Of a stretch of DNA of 64,000 nucleotides, positions 19,150 to 26,685 are shown piece by piece (position 1 is the stretch's first letter; every line of letters starts with the position of its first letter). Under the pieces are notes generated by a model. The model saw nothing but the letters and a program-made list of their open reading frames with translations. It had not been told where the DNA came from and searched no databases. Made by a program: the position numbers and the translations under genes. Source of the DNA: Eubacteriales bacterium (GTDB lineage Bacteria > Bacillota > Clostridia > Oscillospirales > CAG-382); assembly GCA_045535465.1 (NCBI GenBank), contig JAZSLS010000100.1:559-64558 (forward strand), written 5' to 3'.

Positions 19150-19689
19150 TTACTCTCCATACTCGGCTATGTAGGGGAGGTTGCGGTAATACTCCCCGCA
19201 ATCCAACCCATACCCAATAACAAAATGGTCGGGAATGGTAAACAAAGCCTTATCTGCTTCAAAATCCACAACTCTGCGGCTGGGCTTATCAAGCAGGGTA
19301 ATAACCTTAAGGGACAAAGGACGTCTTGCCTTAAGAAGCTTAACAACCTCGCTTAAAGTTCTGCCTGTGTCAATAATATCCTCCACGATGATAACGTGGT
19401 AATTGCTTATATCCTGAGAAAGGTCCATAGTAATGGCAACGGTCCCCGTGGAAACAGTACCGTCAAAATAGCTTTTTGCACACATAAAGCCTATTTCGCA
19501 AGGAACTGTAATGGCACGGCAAAGGTCAGCCATAAAAACAAAAGCGCCCTTAAGTATGCTAACCAAAAGAATAGGTCTGCCGTCGTAGCTTTCACTTATC
19601 TCCTTGCCTGCTTTGGCAATAGCATCGTCAATCTCTTCCTTGGTTATAAGCACTCTTTTTATTTTTTTATCAAAAGCTTCTTTTGTCAT
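19150..19689 (-). CDS. hpt: hypoxanthine phosphoribosyltransferase
   Basis: PRPP-binding motif VIIVEDIIDTGRTL; 179 aa. Confidence 0.95.
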   Translation of the reverse strand: MTKEAFDKKIKRVLITKEEIDDAIAKAGKEISESYDGRPILLVSILKGAFVFMADLCRAITVPCEIGFMCAKSYFDGTVSTGTVAITMDLSQDISNYHVIIVEDIIDTGRTLSEVVKLLKARRPLSLKVITLLDKPSRRVVDFEADKALFTIPDHFVIGYGLDCGEYYRNLPYIAEYGE

Positions 19690-19779
19690 TTTTACTACCT
19701 CTCTGTTTTATGTTATAACCACTATACCATTTTTTTGCAGAATGTGCAATACTATTAGCGCAGCTTTGACAGAAAAATG

Positions 19780-19808
19780 TTGATTTTATGCGTTTAATGG
19801 TGTATAAT
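19780..19808 (+). promoter_or_regulatory. sigma-A promoter of the fnl operon (TTGATT-17-TATAAT)
   Basis: TTGATT at 19780-19785, TATAAT at 19803-19808. Confidence 0.55.
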
Positions 19809-19841
19809 TCAAGATAGATAAATTAAAGTGGGGTTTTATGG

Positions 19842-20879
19842 ATGTTTAAGAACAAAACGTTGTTACTTACCGGTGGCACAGGAAGCTTTGGTAATGCCGT
19901 GCTTAACCGTTTTTTGGATACCGATATAGGTGAGATACGCATTTTCTCTCGTGATGAAAAAAAACAGGACGATATGAGGCACGATTTTCAGGCGAGAATG
20001 CCTGAGGCTGCTTCTAAGATAAAGTTTTATATTGGTGACGTTCGTGATATAGCTTCCGTTCGTAACGCTATGCACGGCGTTGACTATATTTTCCACGCTG
20101 CAGCCCTTAAGCAGGTTCCTTCTTGCGAGTTTTTTCCTGTTGAAGCAGTAAAAACCAATGTTTTGGGTACAGATAACGTGCTTACAGCGGCAATAGATGC
20201 AGGCGTAAAAAGGGTTATATGCCTTTCCACCGACAAGGCGGCTTATCCCGTAAACGCTATGGGCACCTCCAAGGCTATGATGGAAAAGGTAGTGGTTGCA
20301 AAATCCCGCACCGTGCATCCTGATAAAACTACTATCTGTTGTACCCGTTACGGCAACGTTATGTGCAGCCGCGGCTCTGTTATCCCATTGTGGATAGAGC
20401 AGATAAAGGCAGGCAACCCCATCACTATAACCGAGCCCTCTATGACTCGTTTTATAATGTCCTTGGATGAGGCTGTTGACTTGGTGCTTTTTGCATTCAA
20501 AAACGGCATTTCGGGCGATATACTTGTTCAAAAGGCTCCTGCCTGCACCATAGAGACCTTAGCAAAGGCGGTTTGCTCCTTGTTTAACCCCAATACGGAG
20601 ATAAAGGTTATAGGCATACGCCACGGTGAAAAGATGTATGAAACCTTGCTTACCAACGAGGAATGTACCTCTGCTATGGATATGGGCAACTTTTACCGTG
20701 TACCCTGCGATAAGCGTGACCTTAACTATGATAAATTTTTCTCAAACGGTGACGTGGAACGTAACGTACTTACGGAGTTTAATTCCAACAACACCACAAT
20801 TTTGGGCGTTGAGGCAGTAAAGGAAAAGCTTCTCAGCCTAAAATATATAAGGGACGAGCTTGAGGCGATTAACCAATGA
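19842..20879 (+). CDS. fnlA: UDP-N-acetylglucosamine 4,6-dehydratase/5-epimerase (FnlA/CapE/WbjB type)
   Basis: LLLTGGTGSFGNAV, SRDEKKQ and STDKA motifs. 345 aa, typical of CapE/FnlA. Confidence 0.88.
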   Translation: MFKNKTLLLTGGTGSFGNAVLNRFLDTDIGEIRIFSRDEKKQDDMRHDFQARMPEAASKIKFYIGDVRDIASVRNAMHGVDYIFHAAALKQVPSCEFFPVEAVKTNVLGTDNVLTAAIDAGVKRVICLSTDKAAYPVNAMGTSKAMMEKVVVAKSRTVHPDKTTICCTRYGNVMCSRGSVIPLWIEQIKAGNPITITEPSMTRFIMSLDEAVDLVLFAFKNGISGDILVQKAPACTIETLAKAVCSLFNPNTEIKVIGIRHGEKMYETLLTNEECTSAMDMGNFYRVPCDKRDLNYDKFFSNGDVERNVLTEFNSNNTTILGVEAVKEKLLSLKYIRDELEAINQ

Positions 20880-22075
20880 GGATACTTGTAACAGGCGCCA
20901 ATGGCTTTGTAGGTAAAAACCTTACTGCCGCACTTAATAATATAAAAGACGGCAAGGACAAAACAAGGCAAGGCATAAAAATATCAAAAGTTTTTGAGTA
21001 CGATATAGATACTTCGGCTGAACTTCTCGACAAATACTGCGCAGAGGCGGATTTTGTTTTCAACCTTGCGGGTGTAAACCGTCCCGATGACCCTGCCCAG
21101 TTTATGCAAGGCAATTTCGGCTTTATTGATACGCTGCTTAAGTGCCTTAAAAAACACGGCAATACTTGTCCCCTTATGGTGTCATCTTCTATACAGGCAA
21201 CCTGTATAGGCCGGTATGATAACGACTACGGCAGAAGCAAAAAGGCAGGGGAAAAGCTTGTTTTTGCTTACGGTAAGGAAGCGGGAGCTAAAGTGTTGGT
21301 CTACCGTTTTCCCAATCTTTTCGGCAAGTGGTGTAAACCAAACTATAACAGCGCCGTGGCTACCTTCTGCCATAATAAGGCGCACGACCTGCCCATAACC
21401 GTAAGTGATCCCAACGTAACGCTGGAGCTTTTGTATATAGATGACCTTATAAACGAAATGCTTGATGCGCTTGAGGGCAAAGGGCATAGGTGCAAGTTTG
21501 AGGGCATAAATACCGTATTTACGGAAGAGGGCGCCTACTACGGCGCACCCGTTACCCATAAGGTAAGCTTGGGTGAGATTGTGCAGCTTCTTGATAGCTT
21601 CAAAGCGCAACCATCTACCTTGCTTATGCCTGAGATACCCAAGGACAGCTTTGCAAAAAAGCTGTATTCCACCTATCTTTCGTATCTGCCAAAGGAAAAG
21701 GTTTCGTTTCCCTTAAAGATGAATTCGGACCACAGAGGCAGCTTTACCGAGCTTTTAAAGACTGCGTCAAACGGTCAGTTCAGCGTTAATATTTCAAAAG
21801 CAGGCATAACTAAGGGCGAACACTGGCACCACAGCAAGTGGGAGCTTTTTATAGTAGTAAGCGGTAAAGCATTGATACAGCAGAGAAAAATAGGCACGAA
21901 CGAGGTTTTAAGCTTTTACGTAAGCGGTGACAGGATAGAGGCAGTTCATATGCTGCCGGGTTATACCCATAACATAATCAATCTTAGCGAAAGCGAGGAT
22001 TTGGTTACCCTTATGTGGGCAAACGAGCAGTTTGACCCCACACACCCCGATACGTTTTACGAGGTAGTAGAATGA
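20876..22075 (+). CDS. fnlB: UDP-2-acetamido-2,6-dideoxy-L-talose reductase (FnlB/CapF/WbjC type; SDR plus cupin)
   Basis: N-terminal VTGANGFVGKNL Rossmann fold and a C-terminal cupin-like domain (GEHWHHSKWELFIVVSG). 4-nt overlaps on both sides. Confidence 0.85.
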   Translation: MRILVTGANGFVGKNLTAALNNIKDGKDKTRQGIKISKVFEYDIDTSAELLDKYCAEADFVFNLAGVNRPDDPAQFMQGNFGFIDTLLKCLKKHGNTCPLMVSSSIQATCIGRYDNDYGRSKKAGEKLVFAYGKEAGAKVLVYRFPNLFGKWCKPNYNSAVATFCHNKAHDLPITVSDPNVTLELLYIDDLINEMLDALEGKGHRCKFEGINTVFTEEGAYYGAPVTHKVSLGEIVQLLDSFKAQPSTLLMPEIPKDSFAKKLYSTYLSYLPKEKVSFPLKMNSDHRGSFTELLKTASNGQFSVNISKAGITKGEHWHHSKWELFIVVSGKALIQQRKIGTNEVLSFYVSGDRIEAVHMLPGYTHNIINLSESEDLVTLMWANEQFDPTHPDTFYEVVE

Positions 22076-23259
22076 TGGAAAAAAATGATTACGCAAGCGT
22101 TAACTTTAAAAACAACGGCAAGCTTAAGCTGCTTATTATCGTGGGTACACGCCCCGAGATAATCCGCCTTGCCGCTGTAATAAATAAATGCCGCAAGTAT
22201 TTTGATTGTATTCTTGCCCATACGGGTCAAAACTACGACTATAACTTAAACGGCATATTTTTTAGGGATTTGCGTCTTGAGGCCCCCGAGGTTTATATGA
22301 ACGCCGTAGGGGCAGACCTTGGTGAAACCATAGGCAACATTGTTGCACAAAGCTATAAGCTGATGGCGGAGCTTAAGCCCGATGCACTTCTTATCCTTGG
22401 TGATACCAACTCCTGCCTTTCCGCCATAAGCGCAAAGCGTTTGCATATTCCTATCTTTCATATGGAAGCAGGCAACCGTTGTAAGGACGAGTGCTTACCT
22501 GAGGAAACTAACCGCAGGATAGTTGACATAATATCCGACGTTAACCTTGCATATTCCGAACACGCAAGGAAATACCTGCACGAATGCGGGCTTCCCAAGG
22601 AGCGTGTATACGTTACGGGCTCTCCTATGGCAGAGGTGCTTAGGGCAAACCTTGCCGATATCGAAAAAAGCAACGTTCTGGAGAGACTTGGGCTTACTGC
22701 TAAAAAATATATTCTTCTTTCTGCTCATAGGGAAGAAAATATTGATACCGAAAAGAATTTTGTAAGCCTTTTCAGCGCAATAAACGCCTTGGCGGAAAAG
22801 TATGATATGCCCATACTTTATTCCTGCCATCCCCGCAGCCGTAAAAAACTTGAGGAAAGCGGCTTTGTGCTGGATAACAGAGTTATCCGTAACGAGCCTT
22901 TAGGCTTTCACGATTACAACTGTTTGCAAATGAACGCTTTTGCGGTAGTGTCCGACAGCGGCACTTTGCCTGAGGAAAGCAGCTTTTTTACAAGCATAGG
23001 CAAACCCTTTCCTGCGGTGTGCATTCGCACCTCTACCGAGCGTCCGGAGGCGCTTGATAAGGCGTGCTTTGTTTTAGCGGGCATCGACCAAAAAAGCTTG
23101 CTTCAGGCAATAGCCACGGCGGTGGAGCTTAACAAAAACGGCGAATACGGAATTCCTGTTCCCGACTACACCGATGAAAACGTTTCCACAAAGGTGGTAA
23201 AGCTAATACAAAGCTACACAGGCGTAGTGGACAAGATGGTGTGGCGCAAGGAAAAGTAA
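22072..23259 (+). CDS. fnlC: UDP-N-acetylglucosamine 2-epimerase, non-hydrolysing (FnlC/CapG/WbjD type)
   Basis: VGTRPEIIRLA, HTGQNYD and GDTNS motifs of the WecB/epimerase_2 family. Confidence 0.88.
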   Translation: MMEKNDYASVNFKNNGKLKLLIIVGTRPEIIRLAAVINKCRKYFDCILAHTGQNYDYNLNGIFFRDLRLEAPEVYMNAVGADLGETIGNIVAQSYKLMAELKPDALLILGDTNSCLSAISAKRLHIPIFHMEAGNRCKDECLPEETNRRIVDIISDVNLAYSEHARKYLHECGLPKERVYVTGSPMAEVLRANLADIEKSNVLERLGLTAKKYILLSAHREENIDTEKNFVSLFSAINALAEKYDMPILYSCHPRSRKKLEESGFVLDNRVIRNEPLGFHDYNCLQMNAFAVVSDSGTLPEESSFFTSIGKPFPAVCIRTSTERPEALDKACFVLAGIDQKSLLQAIATAVELNKNGEYGIPVPDYTDENVSTKVVKLIQSYTGVVDKMVWRKEK

Positions 23260-23304
23260 AAATAGCCCCAAACACAAAAAACAGAATTTTAATTTTTTAA
23301 AGAC

Positions 23305-23337
23305 AAAAAAGTGACTTCGTAAAGAAGCCACTTTTTT
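23305..23337. terminator. bidirectional terminator hairpin between fnlC and the convergent small genes
   Basis: AAAAAAGTGACTTC-GTAAA-GAAGCCACTTTTTT has one mismatch and is flanked by an A run and a T run. Confidence 0.75.
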
Positions 23338-23451
23338 CGTTTATTAAATTTTATGCTTTTTGTTTGTCCATTCGGAACAATTTCCCCTATTTCCTTAAGG
23401 CTTTATCTAATCGGGGTATAAAACATAAAAGTCCATCGGCAGTAAAAGCAT

Positions 23452-23796
23452 TTATTTCCACATCATCATTTGGCAAAGCTCTGCGGCCACAAACAAAGAA
23501 ATTACAAAAACTGCTATCATATACACAATACGCCACAGTGTTTTAAGCACACCTTTAGAGGTGAAAAATGAGATAACCACGGTACACAAAGCGATAACCG
23601 ACCAAAAAATACGGGTAAAATCATTGGCGTTAAAATCGTTTGGTATTGCGTTTCCAAGCTCGTCGACCTTGGGGCATCCGCAGCCAAACCAATCTAAAAC
23701 AAAATGGCGGTTAAAATACGAGTAGGGAATAAGAAGCAGGATAAAAAGTAAAAACGGAGCCAATAACATAAATATTTTGCGTTTCACAAATACCAC
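23452..23796 (-). CDS. hypothetical small membrane protein (3 predicted TM helices)
   Basis: 114 aa with hydrophobic segments LLAPFLLFILLLIPY, IFWSVIALCTVVISFF and VYMIAVFVISLFVAA. GGAGG upstream. No family recognised. Confidence 0.6.
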   Translation of the reverse strand: MVFVKRKIFMLLAPFLLFILLLIPYSYFNRHFVLDWFGCGCPKVDELGNAIPNDFNANDFTRIFWSVIALCTVVISFFTSKGVLKTLWRIVYMIAVFVISLFVAAELCQMMMWK

Positions 23797-23864
23797 CTCC
23801 TACCTATATAGACGAATAAAAACCAAAAAACTCTCACCGGAGGGCAAATCCATTCAAAAAACAA

Positions 23865-24248
23865 TTATTTCTTAAAAATAAAAGCAATCAGTCTTTCCAA
23901 ACCGTAAAAAACTATACAGCCCACAGCGTAGCAAAGCAAGTCGGCAAAAGAAAAGGTTGTGCCCACAACGGTTGAAACCAACGTGTTGTTTTCAAAGCCT
24001 AAAAGCCTTACAATATTAATATATTGCAAAAGCTCCACAAAAGCGGCAAAAGCAAAAACGTACATAGGCAAAGCCGATACGCCTTTAGGGATAACCGTTC
24101 TGCACAAACAGCAAAGCAATATCGTTACAAGAACGTCACCGATATAGGGGCGAACAAACCCGTCGTGAACGAAAAGGGCTATAAACAGCTCTGCCAAAAA
24201 AAGAACTCCAAAAAGAACCCCGTAGGTTATGCGTAAGCGTTTTGTCAA
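23865..24248 (-). CDS. DUF2809-like membrane protein
   Basis: 127 aa with 4 TM segments. FVRPYIGDVLV resembles DUF2809 proteins as I recall them. 4-nt overlap with the upstream gene. Confidence 0.6.
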   Translation of the reverse strand: MTKRLRITYGVLFGVLFLAELFIALFVHDGFVRPYIGDVLVTILLCCLCRTVIPKGVSALPMYVFAFAAFVELLQYINIVRLLGFENNTLVSTVVGTTFSFADLLCYAVGCIVFYGLERLIAFIFKK

Positions 24249-24664
24249 AACCTTTCCGCCTTTCTGTCTACCTCTGCCCGTTCAAATTTGATCTTTACAG
24301 TATAGTCCTTGTAATTCTCCCAAAGATCTATTTCCAAAGTATAAAAATCGCCGTGGTCGACAAGCCTATCCGACATCCACCATACTGCTTCTCTGCCTTC
24401 TAAGGAGATGTTATTGCTCAAAATTTTATAATTAAAAAAGCGAATTTCCGTAACGGCACTATCGAACAATGCGCCTTCTGCATCGATTTTTAAGGTCAAA
24501 AGGTTGCGGTCGTATTTGCCCTTTTTGCCTGAAAACGTGGTGTAATCAAAAGGAAACTCTTTCGTTTCCGTCTGCAGAATACAAGCGTCGTGCAAACCGC
24601 TAACCCAATACCATTCGGGTAGATTATCGGGATGGTTGGAAAAGTATACTTTCCCTTTGCTCAT
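24245..24664 (-). CDS. hypothetical cytoplasmic protein, no recognised domain
   Basis: 139 aa. AAAGGAG RBS. No TM segment or signal peptide. The sequence looks beta-rich. Confidence 0.6.
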   Translation of the reverse strand: MSKGKVYFSNHPDNLPEWYWVSGLHDACILQTETKEFPFDYTTFSGKKGKYDRNLLTLKIDAEGALFDSAVTEIRFFNYKILSNNISLEGREAVWWMSDRLVDHGDFYTLEIDLWENYKDYTVKIKFERAEVDRKAERF

Positions 24665-24744
24665 AGCCGTTCTCCTTTCTCAGTAGGTATCTTCTGTGTA
24701 AAGTATAAAAAGATATTTTTTAGTTTTTTGTATGAATTTGAACT

Positions 24745-24926
24745 GTCGTGCATATCACGGCGAAGCCGTGTATATCATCAATACGAAGCATTGTATTTCA
24801 CCAACACGAAGTGTTGTATATCATCAAGCCGCAGGAAAATACACGCCGGTGCGTGATGATATACAGCCCCATAGGGGCTGATGATATGCACGACTGTGTC
24901 GTGATGATATGCCAAACTTGCGGCTT
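24745..24926. repeat. array of seven 12-bp motifs TGTATATCATCA (4 direct, 3 inverted) plus nested dyad symmetries
   Basis: Direct copies at 24749, 24769, 24792 and 24815. Inverted copies (TGATGATATRCA) at 24854, 24879 and 24902. Spacing is 20-25 bp. See findings. Confidence 0.85.
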
Positions 24927-24934
24927 GGATAAAC

Positions 24935-24970
24935 AAAAAGAACATTTGTCACCGACAAATGTTCTTTTTT
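24935..24970. terminator. bidirectional rho-independent terminator downstream of the tRNA pair
   Basis: AAAAAGAACATTTGTC-ACC-GACAAATGTTCTTTTTT has an 11-bp perfect stem with an A run on one side and a T run on the other. Confidence 0.85.
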
Positions 24971-24972
24971 AT

Positions 24973-25057
24973 TGGTGGGAGCGGGTGGATTCGAACCACC
25001 GAAGTCGTTGACAACAGATTTACAGTCTGCCCCCTTTGGCCACTCGGGAACACTCCC
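24973..25057 (-). tRNA. tRNA-Tyr (anticodon GUA), long variable arm
   Basis: The reverse complement is GGGAGTGTTCCCGAGTGGCCAAAGGGGGCAGACTGTAAATCTGTTGTCAACGACTTCGGTGGTTCGAATCCACCCGCTCCCACCA. Anticodon loop CTGTAAA; CCA is encoded. Confidence 0.95.
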
Positions 25058-25064
25058 CCATTAT

Positions 25065-25139
25065 TGGAGCTGGTGAAGGGAGTCGAACCCCCAACCTGCT
25101 GATTACAAATCAGCTGCTCTGCCATTGAGCTACACCAGC
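25065..25139 (-). tRNA. tRNA-Thr (anticodon UGU)
   Basis: The reverse complement is GCTGGTGTAGCTCAATGGCAGAGCAGCTGATTTGTAATCAGCAGGTTGGGGGTTCGACTCCCTTCACCAGCTCCA. Anticodon loop TTTGTAA; CCA is encoded. Confidence 0.92.
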
Positions 25140-25181
25140 ATCTATTTGTACCAGCAACCGTTATCACGGCCAGCGAAGGTA

Positions 25182-25210
25182 ATTATAGCATAGTGATGCC
25201 CCTTTGTCAA
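25182..25210 (-). promoter_or_regulatory. perfect consensus sigma-A promoter for the tRNA-Thr/tRNA-Tyr operon
   Basis: The minus strand reads TTGACA (25205-25210), a 17-nt spacer, TATAAT (25182-25187), about 40 nt upstream of the tRNA-Thr 5' end. Confidence 0.75.
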
Positions 25211-25247
25211 GACATTTTTTTGCATTTTACAAAAAAATTTTTACGCC

Positions 25248-25766
25248 CTATCTTCTCCTTGAAATTGCCTTTAAAATCGGAGTGGACAGGCTGTGAGCTG
25301 CCAGTAAAAGTAAAGCGTCCTTTAGTATATAAGGAAGGGAAGCGGTAATAAATGCGGTAAGCGCATTGCACCCCGTAACCAAACCAAACTGCACCGTTCC
25401 AAGCAAATGGCAAAGTATAAGCCCTAAAGCTCCCAAAATAAGAGAAAGTGCTTTCCCTTTGTCCTTGGCCAAGCCGCAAAGAACAGCCAAAAAGCAAAAA
25501 CCCCACACAAAACCGCCCGTAGGGCCAATAAGCGTTTCAATGCCGCCCTTGAAGGAGGAAAACACAGGCAAGCCTACAGCACCTATTCCTATATATAATA
25601 CGGTCGAAAATAAACCTATACGCCACCCTAAAACGTATCCGCCCAATGCCACGGCAAAGCACTGCAAGGTCAAAGGCACACCGGGAAAGGGAATAGCCAT
25701 CTGCGCAATAAGAGCATAAAGAGCGGAAAGCACAGCGGTAAGCGCAAGCTTTTTCATTTTGCTCAT
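25248..25766 (-). CDS. bioY: biotin transporter S-component BioY
   Basis: 172 aa, 5-6 TM segments. BioY-type sequence PFPGVPLTLQCFAVALGGYVLG...GPTGGFVWGF. 4-nt overlap with birA. Confidence 0.9.
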   Translation of the reverse strand: MSKMKKLALTAVLSALYALIAQMAIPFPGVPLTLQCFAVALGGYVLGWRIGLFSTVLYIGIGAVGLPVFSSFKGGIETLIGPTGGFVWGFCFLAVLCGLAKDKGKALSLILGALGLILCHLLGTVQFGLVTGCNALTAFITASLPYILKDALLLLAAHSLSTPILKAISRRR

Positions 25767-26572
25767 AGCTTTACACCCTTGGGACGTACCCGTACCTCTC
25801 CTGAGTTTAAGCTGTGCTTCACGCCGTCTGCGGCTTCCACTATCAAAGCGTATCTGTCATCAATGCCCAAAGCTAAGGCGCCGTAGCTTTCGTTGCCTCG
25901 ATAAACGTCTATCTCCTTACCTATAACAAAGCAACGCCTTTGGTATTCTCTAAGCCACTCTTTATTAAAAGGACTTTCGGTAAAAGCTGTTATTCCCTTA
26001 ACGATATCCGCAACAAGGGCATCCATAAGCCCGTCACGGGCATCCTCGGCTTTAAGCAAGAAAGTGGCTATATCCTTCAAATCCTCGGGGAATCCGCCTG
26101 CAGGCTCATAAACGTTAAGCCCTATACCAACTATTACAAACTCCGTTTTTAAAATTGCAGGGTTTATGTTGGCTTCGGTAAGTATACCGCAAACCTTTTT
26201 GCCGTCACAGTAAACGTCGTTTACCCATTTAATCAGTGCGTCCTTGCCTACGTTCTTTTGGATAGCCAAAGCCACAGCCAAAGCGGCAAGAGGAGTGATA
26301 AGCGCAGTATCTTCGGGACTAAGCGCAGGACGCAAAAGCAAGCTCATATACAAGCCGCCTTCTTTAGAGCAAAAGCTTCTGCCCATTCTGCCTTTTCCCA
26401 TAGTTTGGCTTTTTGCTATAAGCACCGTGCCGTTTTCTGCGCCGCTTACGGCTTTTTTCCAAAGCTCCGTATTGGTGGAGGACACACTGTCAAGCACCGT
26501 AACGGAATACCCGTCACCAAGCAAAAGAGCTATTCTGTTTTCACAAAGTCTGTCATCAATAGCCCTTTTCAT
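25763..26572 (-). CDS. birA: biotin-[acetyl-CoA-carboxylase] ligase, group I (no N-terminal HTH)
   Basis: I place the start at ATG 26572 (MKRAIDD...). Motifs LDSVSSTN and the biotin loop GKGRMGRSF. Only ~30 aa precede the catalytic core, so there is no wHTH domain. Confidence 0.85.
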   Translation of the reverse strand: MKRAIDDRLCENRIALLLGDGYSVTVLDSVSSTNTELWKKAVSGAENGTVLIAKSQTMGKGRMGRSFCSKEGGLYMSLLLRPALSPEDTALITPLAALAVALAIQKNVGKDALIKWVNDVYCDGKKVCGILTEANINPAILKTEFVIVGIGLNVYEPAGGFPEDLKDIATFLLKAEDARDGLMDALVADIVKGITAFTESPFNKEWLREYQRRCFVIGKEIDVYRGNESYGALALGIDDRYALIVEAADGVKHSLNSGEVRVRPKGVKL

Positions 26573-26594
26573 ACAAAAACCTCGCAAAATTTCA

Positions 26595-26623
26595 TTGACA
26601 TATAGTGATAATAAAAGTATAAT
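26595..26623 (+). promoter_or_regulatory. perfect consensus sigma-A promoter for the divergent PpiC-like gene
   Basis: TTGACA at 26595-26600, a 17-nt spacer, TATAAT at 26618-26623. It is interleaved with the birA promoter. Confidence 0.65.
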
Positions 26624-26625
26624 AA

Positions 26626-26654
26626 ATTGTAGCATAGCAAAGGGTGTTTGTCAA
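26626..26654 (-). promoter_or_regulatory. sigma-A promoter for birA-bioY (TTGACA-17-TACAAT, TG-extended)
   Basis: The minus strand reads TTGACA (26649-26654), a 17-nt spacer, TGcTACAAT (26626-26634). Confidence 0.65.
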
Positions 26655-26685
26655 CAAGGACACCGAATTGGGAAAGAGGATAAAA

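Noticed and set aside
18894-19160. 88-aa minus-strand ORF inside the 211-bp tandem repeat
   Set aside because: It spans repeat copies and a terminator hairpin and has no RBS. Its reading frame is not preserved between the repeat copies' variable blocks.
24851-24913. C/D-box or kink-turn-like reading of GTGATGA ... CTGA in the inverted motif copies
   Set aside because: The TGATGA strings are simply the inverted copies of the 12-bp motif. There is no guide-like spacing or supporting context, so the resemblance is probably coincidental.
24748-25167. ORFs 24748..25011 (+) and 24949..25167 (-) in the motif array and tRNA region
   Set aside because: Both read through the tRNA-Tyr/Thr genes and the terminator hairpin, so they are not coding. 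The repeat pattern is at the DNA/RNA level.
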